A stretch of 64,000 nucleotides of DNA from Phycisphaerales bacterium (GTDB taxonomy: Bacteria > Planctomycetota > Phycisphaerae > Phycisphaerales > UBA5793). Below are positions 38,453 through 48,870 of this stretch, piece after piece. Every line of letters starts with the position of its first letter. Within the stretch, counting starts at the first letter, position 1. Under the pieces are notes generated by a model that made no database searches, was not told the origin of the DNA, and saw nothing but the letters and a program-made list of their open reading frames with translations. A program made the position numbers and the translations under genes. The DNA lies in the NCBI GenBank assembly GCA_026647365.1, contig JAPKGW010000001.1, positions 66,340 to 130,339 of the forward strand, in the 5' to 3' direction.

Positions 38453-40004
38453 GCGCCCGGCCCACGAAGGACCGCAGGTCATCCGCGAGCCGGCGCAGCG
38501 ACGGGCCGTGGATGTACATCATGTGCCCCGACTCGTAGTAGGACATCGTCACATTTCCGCGAATCGACGGATCGAGACTCATGTGATTGAACGTGTGCTC
38601 GGTTGCGAAGTAGGGCGTGGCGAGGTCGTAGTAGCCGTTGGCCACAAAGACACGCAGCGAGGGGTTCTGCGTCATCGCGCTGCGCAGCGTCTCGGCGACG
38701 TTGAGGTACTGGTTCTGATTGCGGCCGTAACTCCACGGCTGCACGCGGCCGGTGAGAATCTCGTAGGGCAGATCGTTCTCGTAGCCGAGCGTGCTGCGTA
38801 CGTAGTGGTTGAGCGCGGCTGAGTAAGGCCCCTGGATGGCGGCGTAACTCGGGTCGTAGGAATAGCCGTCGCCCGCGGCGTCGCGGTCGATGCCGACAAA
38901 GCGGCTGTCGAGGCGGCCGACGGTGCGCCGCTCATCACGCCGCAGTTCCTTGGCGAAGCGTCCGATGCTCGGCCGAAGGTTGCACTGCTCGACGAACTCC
39001 TGCGACACGCCGCAGTAGCGGGCGACCTTGGCCGCGAGGCGCGCCTGCTCCTCGGCGCCGAGGCGATCGCCCAGCAGAAGCCCCTGGGCGTACTCGCCGA
39101 GGGCAAACTTCTCGACCTCGTCGAGCGTGGCGCGAAGATTGCGCTGGAGCATGTCGTCAAGCCGGCCGTGGTACCACGCCGTGGCGCAATACGTCGGCAG
39201 AAACAGGACGCAGGGCAGATCGTTGCCGACGTCGAAGCGCGCCGTCTGGAACTCGAGGATCGAGGAGATGAGCATGATGCCGTTGAGGTACATGCCGTGC
39301 CGTCCCTGGAGGTGGCCCGAGAGGCCCGCGGCGCGAGTTGTGCCGTAACTCTCTCCAGCCAGGAACTTCGGCGAATCCCATCGCTTGAAGCGCGTCGTGT
39401 AGAGCCGGATGAACTCGCCGACGGACTCGACGTCCTCATTGACGCCGTGAAACTCGCTCACGTTCACTCCCTCGGCCGCGCGGCTGTAGCCGGTCGTCAC
39501 CGGGTCGATGAAGACGAAGTCAGACACGTCGAGCAGGGAATGTTCGTTGTCCACGAGTTGAAACGGCGGCGGAACGGGCGTGGCGTCGTCGTTCATGACC
39601 ACGCGCTTCGGGCCGAAGAGGCCAAGGTGGAGCCAGACGGAGGATGATCCCGGCCCGCCGTTGAAGGTGAAGGTGATCGGGCGCCTGGCCGTGTCCTCAA
39701 TACCGTCGCGGATGTAGGCGACGAAGAAGAGGTTCGCCCGCGCCTTGCCGGACTCTTCAATCAGCGCCATGGTGCCGGCGGTGGCGGTGTAGGCGACCTC
39801 GGCGCCGCCGATGGTGATGGTGTGATGCGTCGAGACGAGATCCTTGCTCCATTCAGCCTTGACGGGCGTGGGCTTCTCTTCGGCGGGCGGAGCGGCCGCC
39901 TGACCCTGCTCCTGCGCCAGTCCGACCAGCGCCGCGGATCCCATCGCCGCCGCGAGGACCAACGACTCGATTGACCGCCGCCGCAGACCGGACCATCCAC
40001 CCAT
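38442..40004 (-). CDS. secreted serine carboxypeptidase (peptidase S10)
   Basis: 520 aa with a signal peptide. FTFNGGPGSSSVW and the catalytic-Ser block FLAGESYG are present, and YESGHMMY lies near the C-terminus. Confidence 0.85.
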   Translation of the reverse strand: MGGWSGLRRRSIESLVLAAAMGSAALVGLAQEQGQAAAPPAEEKPTPVKAEWSKDLVSTHHTITIGGAEVAYTATAGTMALIEESGKARANLFFVAYIRDGIEDTARRPITFTFNGGPGSSSVWLHLGLFGPKRVVMNDDATPVPPPFQLVDNEHSLLDVSDFVFIDPVTTGYSRAAEGVNVSEFHGVNEDVESVGEFIRLYTTRFKRWDSPKFLAGESYGTTRAAGLSGHLQGRHGMYLNGIMLISSILEFQTARFDVGNDLPCVLFLPTYCATAWYHGRLDDMLQRNLRATLDEVEKFALGEYAQGLLLGDRLGAEEQARLAAKVARYCGVSQEFVEQCNLRPSIGRFAKELRRDERRTVGRLDSRFVGIDRDAAGDGYSYDPSYAAIQGPYSAALNHYVRSTLGYENDLPYEILTGRVQPWSYGRNQNQYLNVAETLRSAMTQNPSLRVFVANGYYDLATPYFATEHTFNHMSLDPSIRGNVTMSYYESGHMMYIHGPSLRRLADDLRSFVGRALSR

Positions 40005-40025
40005 GATGCACCTCGATGTGTTGGA

Positions 40026-40499
40026 TTACTCGACGACGATCTCGACCACTTCGAAGCGGCGCACGCCGCGCGGCAGGTCGACGCGGATGATCTCCCCGAC
40101 GCGCGCCCGCATGAGCGATGAACCCATCGGCGAAGTGGCGGTGACTTCGATGATCTCCTCGCTGAACCGGCCCGAGGCTTCGCCGACGAGGCGGTAGAGC
40201 ATCTCCTGCTCGTTGTCCACGTTGCGGAGTCTGACGGTGGCGCCGAGGAAGACCATGTCGTCGGGGACGCTGGCGCCGGCGCCGGCGACAACCGCCTTGC
40301 TCAGCCTCTCTTCGAGTTGCCGGATGCGCGCCTCCATCACGCCCTGGTCCTCGCGCGCGGCGTGGTAGTCGGCGTTCTCCTTGAGATCGCCCAGTTCGCG
40401 CGCCTCGGCAATTCGCCTGCTGATCTCGGGCCGCCTGGCCTTGAGTTCCTCCAACTGGTCGACGAGTTTCTGCTTCTCTTCCGGGGAGATCATTTCCAT
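40026..40499 (-). CDS. greA: transcription elongation factor GreA
   Basis: 157 aa. [16 protein letters not shown] and the C-terminal [15 protein letters not shown] fit GreA. Confidence 0.93.
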   Translation of the reverse strand: MEMISPEEKQKLVDQLEELKARRPEISRRIAEARELGDLKENADYHAAREDQGVMEARIRQLEERLSKAVVAGAGASVPDDMVFLGATVRLRNVDNEQEMLYRLVGEASGRFSEEIIEVTATSPMGSSLMRARVGEIIRVDLPRGVRRFEVVEIVVE

Positions 40500-40611
40500 T
40501 TCGTCCGCCTTTCGTCCCGGTCATTCAGGCAAGGTCGTGCCCGAAGCGCCTCGCGATTTGCTCGAAGTCTTGCGCATCGCGGGCGTAGGGCGAGTTGCGA
40601 GGCAGCGGGTT

Positions 40612-42750
<2,139 letters not shown>

Positions 42751-42924
42751 GGTTCAATCTCCTTGAAAAGCGGGTGTGTACGGTCGGGGCGCGTTCGTAC
42801 GGCCTTGGACCTATTACCTCACCCAAGGAACATCATAGAGCCGCATGCCGCGCCGCGTCGGCCTCCGGCAGCCCGTCCGGGCGCACGCAGGTGCGCGATC
42901 TGCTAGATTCGCGCAGTTTTCTAT

Positions 42925-42953
42925 TGACACTCAGACCGGGTTGTGGTAGTCTG
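42925..42953 (+). promoter_or_regulatory. candidate sigma70 promoter of the S8 protease gene
   Basis: TTGACA (42925..42930), a 17-nt spacer ending in TGg (extended -10), then TAGTCT (42948..42953). This predicts a leader of about 108 nt before ATG 43068. Confidence 0.5.
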
Positions 42954-43067
42954 GAAACACGACGGCGCACCGCGGTCGTGGCTTCTCTCTGCGGGCGGCC
43001 GTCGGTTGGCCCACCAGACGTTTCGATGCGTCCACTCCCGTTCTCTCACCTTGTGGAGGTTGTTGCC

Positions 43068-45116
43068 ATGACGTTCGTCAATTCGTTTGTCCCGCGCCGC
43101 ATCCTTGCCCTTGCGTCGGCAGTGCTTGCGACCGGCGCTCTGGCCGCTGCAGCACAGGTCACCCCGAATGCCGTAATGAACCAGGGACCACCGCACTTCG
43201 TTGCCGTTCCGGGCGATCGCGAGTTCTCGGGCCGGATGATCGTCCGGCCGATCCAGTTCGACCAGTGGATCGAGAGCGGCCTGGGCGCCCGCGCCGCGCG
43301 CGAGCGCCTCGCACAAGCGCGTGCGGCCATCAACCGCTACCCGCTCGTCGAATACATCCCGCAGACCGACGAGTACGTGATTCTCGTCCCGGACGGTTCG
43401 ACCGAGAATGACGTCGCTGCGGACCTGCGGGCCGGCAGCGCGATCCAGTACGCCGAGCCGGACTGGATCGTCTATCCCCTCGGCTGCCCGAACGACTCGC
43501 GATTCTCGAGCCAATGGCACCACACCAACATGGACTCCTGCGCGGGTTGGAACATCCATACAGGCGGCCCTTCCGTGAGCGTGGGCATCTGCGACACCGG
43601 CATCCGCACCACGCACGAGGACTTTCGGCAGCATCGCCTCCTCGGCTACAACGCCGTCGATCGTCTCTGGGAGAATCAGGGCGGGGCGATCGGCCCGATT
43701 CACCCGCACGGCACGATGACGACGGGCTGTGCCGCGGCCAACGGCGACAACAGTGTCGGCATCGCCGGCGTCGGCTGGAACCTCAGCCACCGCATGCTCC
43801 GCGTCTCCAACAGCACCGGCGGCGGGTCGTCGCTCTCGACGCTTCAGCACGCGGCCCGCACCGCCGTCGAGAATGGCGATAAGGTCGCCAGCGTCTCCTA
43901 CAGCGGCGTGGACAGTTCGTCAAACCTGACCACGGCGACATACATCCGCTCGCTCGGCGGGCTGCTCGTCTGGGCCGCCGGCAACGACAACCGCAACCTC
44001 ACCTTCGGCAACCGCGACAACGACGACATCGTCGTGGTCGGCGCCTCCGACATCAATGACAACAAGGCCTCCTTCTCCGCGTACGGCCAGTTCGTCGACC
44101 TCGTGGCGCCGGGCGTGAGCGTCTTCACGACCGACTCGGGCAGCGACAACGCCTATGCCTCGGTGAGCGGAACGAGTTTCGCGACTCCGCTGACGGCCGG
44201 GCTTGCGGCCCTGATCTGGTCCGCCGACCCGGCGCTGACCTCTGCAGAAGTCGAGGCGATTCTCAAGGGTGGAGCCGACGACCTTGGTTCATCAGGCGTG
44301 GACAACACCTTCGGCTATGGGCGAATCAACGTGAACGGCTCGCTGCTGCTGACCGGCGGCGGCGGCAACCAGCCGCCCGTTGCAGCGCTCGCGGCCGCCC
44401 CGCTCAACGGCGCTGCGCCTCTCAATGTCTCCTTTGATGCGTCCGCCAGCAGCGATCCTGACGGCAGCATCGTGGACTTCTCGTGGGACTTCGACGGCAA
44501 TGGCACATATGACCTCTCCACCGGGGCCAATCCCTTCGCTGCTGTAACATATACCTCACCCGGCATCTACAACGCGACGGTTCGAGTCACCGACGACGGC
44601 GGCGCGACTGACACGGACTCGGTGACCATCTCCGTCACCGATCCGGGCGGGCAGCCCACATCTCTCGCCTTCGACGGCTTCGAGTCGCGCAATTTCTCAG
44701 GCGGAACCGGGTCGTGGATCGGTTCCTGGATGACCAGCGGCGACATCGCGCTTCAGTGGAGGCGAGACAACCCGCACACGGGCGACGGGCACGTCCGCCT
44801 TCGTCGCAGCACCGGATACATGGAGCGCCGCGTTGACCTTACCGGCGCTTCCTCCGTGCGCCTCACGTTCTGGGCCAAGGTGTCGTCATTCGAGTCCGGC
44901 GACCGGGCAGAGGTCTGGGTCAGCCCCAACGGCGTCAACTACACCCTCGTGAGGACGCTCACGAGCGCCGACGGAAACAACGTCTACCGCTTCTTCGACA
45001 TTGACCTGTCGGGATTCGCGATGACCAACAACTTCCGGATCGCATTCGACGCCGACATGAACGCCACGAGCGACTATCTGTACGTGGATGACATCGACGT
45101 GATCGGCGTACGCTGA
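43068..45116 (+). CDS. secreted subtilisin-like serine protease (S8) with PKD domain and C-terminal beta-rich domain
   Basis: The track ORF starts at 42618. I prefer ATG 43068, which has GGAGG at 43055 and a signal peptide MTFVNSFVPRRILALASAVLATGALAAAAQV. The catalytic residues are Asp in GICDTGI, His in HGTMTTGCAAA and Ser in SGTSFATPLTAGL. The PKD segment is LNVSFDASASSDPDGSIVDFSWDFDGNG..YNATVRVTDDGGATD. Confidence 0.9.
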   Translation: MTFVNSFVPRRILALASAVLATGALAAAAQVTPNAVMNQGPPHFVAVPGDREFSGRMIVRPIQFDQWIESGLGARAARERLAQARAAINRYPLVEYIPQTDEYVILVPDGSTENDVAADLRAGSAIQYAEPDWIVYPLGCPNDSRFSSQWHHTNMDSCAGWNIHTGGPSVSVGICDTGIRTTHEDFRQHRLLGYNAVDRLWENQGGAIGPIHPHGTMTTGCAAANGDNSVGIAGVGWNLSHRMLRVSNSTGGGSSLSTLQHAARTAVENGDKVASVSYSGVDSSSNLTTATYIRSLGGLLVWAAGNDNRNLTFGNRDNDDIVVVGASDINDNKASFSAYGQFVDLVAPGVSVFTTDSGSDNAYASVSGTSFATPLTAGLAALIWSADPALTSAEVEAILKGGADDLGSSGVDNTFGYGRINVNGSLLLTGGGGNQPPVAALAAAPLNGAAPLNVSFDASASSDPDGSIVDFSWDFDGNGTYDLSTGANPFAAVTYTSPGIYNATVRVTDDGGATDTDSVTISVTDPGGQPTSLAFDGFESRNFSGGTGSWIGSWMTSGDIALQWRRDNPHTGDGHVRLRRSTGYMERRVDLTGASSVRLTFWAKVSSFESGDRAEVWVSPNGVNYTLVRTLTSADGNNVYRFFDIDLSGFAMTNNFRIAFDADMNATSDYLYVDDIDVIGVR

Positions 45117-45140
45117 GGGGGGGATTACTCGCTTTGAATG

Positions 45141-45178
45141 CGCGATGGCCGCGTCGGCGCGGCCATCGCGGTTTTCTT
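45141..45178 (+). terminator. rho-independent terminator of the S8 protease gene
   Basis: A perfect 13-bp stem, CGCGATGGCCGCG / CGCGGCCATCGCG, with loop TCGG is followed by GTTTTCTT. Confidence 0.8.
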
Positions 45179-45227
45179 GCGGCCGCTGATGCCCGGAAGG
45201 GGTCAGCGGCACGCGCGAGTCCTCAAA

Positions 45228-45301
45228 CGCCCCAGGCGCGACTCGAACGCGCGACCTGCCGCTTAGAAGGCGGCTGCTCTGTCCAACTGAGCTACCGGGG
45301 C
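45228..45301 (-). tRNA. tRNA-Arg (anticodon TCT)
   Basis: The reverse complement is GCCCCGGTAGCTCAGTTGGACAGAGCAGCCGCCTTCTAAGCGGCAGGTCGCGCGTTCGAGTCGCGCCTGGGGCG. It forms a 74-nt cloverleaf with anticodon loop CTTCTAA. Confidence 0.95.
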
Positions 45302-45411
45302 ATTCGCTCCGGTGCATGATACGCGAGGACGGGCGGCGACGGCATTGACGCACGGGGCCCGCTCCTCCCCGATGATTTCGCTTCTCATCTTTTTTTCCGG
45401 GCCCCGGGAAC

Positions 45412-45440
45412 TTGACAGGAGGCTCTATCGTATGTATACT
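45412..45440 (+). promoter_or_regulatory. near-consensus sigma70 promoter of arsR-arsM
   Basis: TTGACA (45412..45417), an exactly 17-nt spacer, then TATACT (45435..45440), preceded by a T7 tract. The predicted TSS falls on or next to ATG 45447. A 6-bp inverted repeat CTTGCA/TGCAAG (45439..45444 / 45451..45456) overlaps the -10 box and the start codon. Confidence 0.55.
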
Positions 45441-45446
45441 TGCACA

Positions 45447-45938
45447 ATGATGCAAGCACATGGAAACAGCCCGGCCCCCCGGCCCGCCCGCGTGCGACGA
45501 CCCCTGAAGTCGAAGGCGGCCGCACCCTCATCGTCCGCTGAGCCCTGCTGCCCGGAACTGGCCGATCTCCTCGACCCCAGGCTCTTCCGAGCCCTGGCCG
45601 ACGGCAACCGACTCGCCCTGCTCATGCGCCTGGCCGCCTGCGGCCGGCCCTGCAGCGTGGGCGAACTCAACGCCTGCTGCCCCGTCGATCTCTCCGTCGT
45701 CTCGCGCCACCTCGCCACCCTCCGAGACGCCGGGGCGCTCGAAGCGCAGAAGCGCGGCAAGGAGGTCTTCTATCGCGTCCGCTTCGAGCGCCTTGTGCCG
45801 CTCCTTCGCGGAATCGCCGGCGCCCTCGAGAACTGCCGGTGCAGCTCCGAGTCGTGCTGCTCTGCCGCCATCGACCAGGCCGCGAAACCAGCGTCCCGGC
45901 GGGGCCGACCCCGCACCTCCCGACACACGTCCCGTTAG
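45447..45938 (+). CDS. arsR: ArsR/SmtB-family metalloregulator
   Basis: The wHTH is VGELNACCPVDLSVVSRHLATLRDAGAL..KRGKEVFYR. The Cys pair at the canonical ELCVCDL position reads ELNACC. There are extra Cys clusters, PCCPEL at the N-terminus and NCRCSSESCC at the C-terminus. The start could be ATG 45432, 45447 or 45450. Confidence 0.8.
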   Translation: MMQAHGNSPAPRPARVRRPLKSKAAAPSSSAEPCCPELADLLDPRLFRALADGNRLALLMRLAACGRPCSVGELNACCPVDLSVVSRHLATLRDAGALEAQKRGKEVFYRVRFERLVPLLRGIAGALENCRCSSESCCSAAIDQAAKPASRRGRPRTSRHTSR

Positions 45939-45981
45939 GTTACTTCGCTCTCTCTTTCTTTCCTTGAAAGGAACTTCTGCC

Positions 45982-46863
45982 ATGACCACCCGCCAGGATG
46001 AAATCCGCAGCCATGTCTCCGAGTCCTACACTCGCGCTGTCACCACTCCCGGTGCGGGTTGCTGCGGCGGAATGCAGCCGGCGCAGAAGGGTGTGGCCGT
46101 CAGGAGCGCCGGCTACGGCCGCGAACTGAACGACCTCCCGGCCGACGCCGTCGAGAACTCCTTCGGCTGCGGCAACCCCCTCGCCTTCAGCGAAGTCCGC
46201 GAGGGCGACACCGTCATCGACCTCGGCAGCGGCGCCGGCATCGACCTGCTCATCGCCGCGAAGAAGACCGGGCCGACGGGCCGCGTCATCGGCATCGACA
46301 TGACCGACGCCATGATCGAGCGCGCTCGCGGCAACATCGCCGCGGCCGGCGTGAGCGACTACGTTGAAGTCCGCAAGGGTCTCATCGAGAGTCTGCCCGT
46401 TGAGAGCGGTACGGTGGACTGGGTCATCTCCAACTGCGTCATCAACCTCTCGCCCGAGAAGGACCGCGTCTTTGCCGAGATTGCTCGCGTTCTCAAGCCC
46501 GGCGGCCGCATGCTCGTCTCCGACATCGTCGTTGAGAACCTGCCCGAGGAACTTCGGCGCAACCAGGCGTTGTATAACTCCTGCGTCGCCGGCGCGATCA
46601 GCGAGAAGGACTACCTCGACGGCCTGCGCCAGGCCGGCATGACGGACGTGCAGGTGCGCACCCGGCACATCTACGACGACGTTCAACTTGAGGCGCTCAT
46701 CGAGAGCGAGATCGTCGAGCCGAGCGCGGCTCCGGCCGCCAAATCGGGCGGCTGCTGCGCCCCATCCTGTTGCGGCGGCTCGGGCGATGTTGACGTCGCG
46801 CAGATGGCCCGCCGCGCCCGCGGCAAGATTGCCAGCATCAGCGTGTACGCGCGCAAATCCTGA
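45982..46863 (+). CDS. arsM: arsenite S-adenosylmethionine methyltransferase
   Basis: I start at ATG 45982, giving 293 aa. Motifs seen: YGRELNDLPADAVENSFGCGNPLAF, the SAM motif VIDLGSGAGIDL, VISNCVINLSP, and a Cys-rich tail GGCCAPSCCGG. Confidence 0.88.
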   Translation: MTTRQDEIRSHVSESYTRAVTTPGAGCCGGMQPAQKGVAVRSAGYGRELNDLPADAVENSFGCGNPLAFSEVREGDTVIDLGSGAGIDLLIAAKKTGPTGRVIGIDMTDAMIERARGNIAAAGVSDYVEVRKGLIESLPVESGTVDWVISNCVINLSPEKDRVFAEIARVLKPGGRMLVSDIVVENLPEELRRNQALYNSCVAGAISEKDYLDGLRQAGMTDVQVRTRHIYDDVQLEALIESEIVEPSAAPAAKSGGCCAPSCCGGSGDVDVAQMARRARGKIASISVYARKS

Positions 46864-46864
46864 G

Positions 46865-46937
46865 ACGCCCACGATGAGGCTCTGCGATTCGTGGGGTGCG
46901 TCCACGCCCACGATGAGGCTCTGCGAATCGTGGGGTG
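46865..46937. repeat. two tandem copies (39-nt period) of a 34-nt palindromic element
   Basis: ACGCCCACGATGAGGCTCTGCGATTCGTGGGGTG (46865..46898) and ACGCCCACGATGAGGCTCTGCGAATCGTGGGGTG (46904..46937) differ at one position. Each can fold as CCCACGA / TCGTGGG. They lie in the arsM-argF' gap. Confidence 0.9.
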
Positions 46938-46964
46938 TCTTTCGCAAGAGGCATACGATGCTCC

Positions 46965-47969
46965 ATGCGACACTTCCTCACCACCGCCGACTGGTCACGC
47001 GCGGACCTCCAGCGCCTGCTCGATGAGGCGAAGCGTCTCAAAGCGGACCCCATTCAGCCGCGCCTCAAGGACAAGACCATCGCCCTGCTGTTCTTCAACC
47101 CCTCGCTTCGCACGCGCAGCAGCTTCGAGATCGGCGCCTTTCAGATGGGCGCCCATGCGGTCGTGCTGGAGCCGGGCAAGGGCGCCTGGCCGATCGAGTT
47201 CGTCGACGGCGTGGTGATGGACGGCGAGGCGGAGGAGCACATCGCCGAGGTGGCCCGCGTCCTCTCGCGCTACTGCGACTGCATCGCGGTGCGCGCCTTC
47301 CCCAAGTTCATCGACTGGTCGGTGGACCGCGAGGATCGGGTGATCCGGCAGTTCGCCCGCTACGCGACGGTGCCCGTCATCAACATGGAGACGATCACCC
47401 ACCCCTGCCAGGAACTGGCGCTGATGCTCGCGCTTCAGGAGCGCTTGGGCGGCCAGTGCGACGGGAAGAAGTTCCTGCTCACCTGGACGTATCACCCCAG
47501 GCCGCTCAACACGGCCGTGGCCAACTCGGCGCTGCTCATCGCGAGCAAGTTCGGTCTGAACGTAACGCTCCTGTGCCCGACGCCGGAGTATGCCCTCGAC
47601 GATCGCTACATGAGCCTTGCGAAGCAATACACGAAGGAAAACGGCCGCACCTTCGCCATGACGCACGACATCGAGAGCGCGTACAAGGGCGCGGACATTG
47701 TGTATGCGAAGAGTTGGGGCGCGCTGCCCTACTTCGGCAAGTGGGAGCCGGAGAAGCCCATCCGCGACCGTTTCAAGCACTTCATCGTGGACGAGAAGAA
47801 GATGTCTATGACGAACCACGGCGTCTTCAGCCACTGCCTGCCCGTGCGGCGGAACATCAAGGCCACCGATGCCGTGCTCGACTCTCCCAACTGCATCGCA
47901 ATCGAGGAAGCGGAGAACCGCCTGCACGTGCAGAAGGCGCTGATGGATTTTCTTGTGAACCGGCAGTGA
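46965..47969 (+). CDS. argF': N-acetyl- or N-succinyl-ornithine carbamoyltransferase (ArgF'-type transcarbamylase)
   Basis: I start at ATG 46965 ([10 protein letters not shown]), giving 334 aa. Motifs seen: [31 protein letters not shown]. The length and the SLRTR variant fit the acyl-ornithine rather than the classical OTC branch. That assignment is inference. Confidence 0.75.
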   Translation: MRHFLTTADWSRADLQRLLDEAKRLKADPIQPRLKDKTIALLFFNPSLRTRSSFEIGAFQMGAHAVVLEPGKGAWPIEFVDGVVMDGEAEEHIAEVARVLSRYCDCIAVRAFPKFIDWSVDREDRVIRQFARYATVPVINMETITHPCQELALMLALQERLGGQCDGKKFLLTWTYHPRPLNTAVANSALLIASKFGLNVTLLCPTPEYALDDRYMSLAKQYTKENGRTFAMTHDIESAYKGADIVYAKSWGALPYFGKWEPEKPIRDRFKHFIVDEKKMSMTNHGVFSHCLPVRRNIKATDAVLDSPNCIAIEEAENRLHVQKALMDFLVNRQ

Positions 47970-47979
47970 GGAGCGCGCT

Positions 47980-48020
47980 CACCCCACGATTCGCTCGAAG
48001 ACTCGCTCATCGTGGGCGTG
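47980..48020. repeat. third, inverted copy of the CCCACGA/TCGTGGG palindromic element
   Basis: CACCCCACGATTCGCTCGAAGACTCGCTCATCGTGGGCGTG has the same stem and flanks as the reverse complement of 46865..46898, with a longer loop. It lies in the argF'-cobB gap. Confidence 0.8.
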
Positions 48021-48026
48021 GGAACA

Positions 48027-48785
48027 ATGACTGTAATGATGCTGGATTCCGACCTCATCGCTGCGCTTCGGAATGCCAGGCACATCGCCGTGCTCACCGG
48101 CGCGGGGGTGTCGGCGGAAAGCGGCGTGCCGACCTTCCGCGACGCCCTCACGGGACTGTGGGCGAAGTACGACCCGATGCAACTCGCCACGCCCGAGGCG
48201 TTCGCACGCGATCCTGAGACGGTCTCCCGCTGGTACGACGAGCGGCGGCTCAACGCGCTCAGGCGCACGCCGAACCCGGCGCACCTCGCGCTGGCGCGCT
48301 GGCAGCGGCACATGATCGAGCGAGCCCGCACATTCACCCTCATCACCCAGAACGTCGATCGCCTCCACCAGGCGGCGGGCAGCACTGACGTGATCGAGGT
48401 ACACGGCTCACTCATCGACTGGCGCTGCACGCGGACGGGGCGAATCATCGAGTGTCGCGGCCCGGCGTTCCCGCAGCATCCGATACCCAGCGGACACGGC
48501 GGCGTGCTGCGTCCCAACGTCGTGTGGTTCGGTGAAGCGCTGCCCGAGGACGCCGCGTCCGCCGCCCAGCATGCCTCCGGGTTCTGCGATGTCTTCATCT
48601 CCATCGGCACTAGCGCCCTCGTCTATCCCGCGGCCGGATTCATCCACTTCGCGAAGTCTTCGGGCGCGGTGACCGTCGAGATCAACCGGGATCCGACGCC
48701 GGCGACGGAGATCGTCGATCACTCGATGCTCGGCCTGGCGGGCGAGATCGTGCCGGCTCTGGTGGAGGCGTGGGAGCAGGCGTGA
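48027..48785 (+). CDS. cobB: NAD-dependent protein deacylase (sirtuin, CobB type)
   Basis: Motifs seen: [46 protein letters not shown] 48012 is a possible alternative start. Confidence 0.9.
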   Translation: MTVMMLDSDLIAALRNARHIAVLTGAGVSAESGVPTFRDALTGLWAKYDPMQLATPEAFARDPETVSRWYDERRLNALRRTPNPAHLALARWQRHMIERARTFTLITQNVDRLHQAAGSTDVIEVHGSLIDWRCTRTGRIIECRGPAFPQHPIPSGHGGVLRPNVVWFGEALPEDAASAAQHASGFCDVFISIGTSALVYPAAGFIHFAKSSGAVTVEINRDPTPATEIVDHSMLGLAGEIVPALVEAWEQA

Positions 48786-48870
48786 GAGGTTCATCGATCG
48801 CGCTCCCCGGCGCCGGGCCTTCGGGTCGCAGCCGAACAACTCCGGGCCAATCCGCTACGATGCGCCGATC

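Noticed and set aside
46865-46937. Possible CRISPR array (direct repeats with a 39-nt period)
   Set aside because: There are only two units, the 5-nt gaps are far too short for spacers, a third copy is inverted 1 kb away, and no cas genes are present. This is REP-like, not CRISPR.
45228-46937. tRNA-Arg-linked genomic island containing arsR-arsM, and likewise a tRNA-Ile-linked island with the methyltransferase
   Set aside because: There is no integrase, and I could find no direct repeat of the tRNA 3' half. In both cases the accessory genes lie on the 5' side of the tRNA, not the usual 3' integration side.
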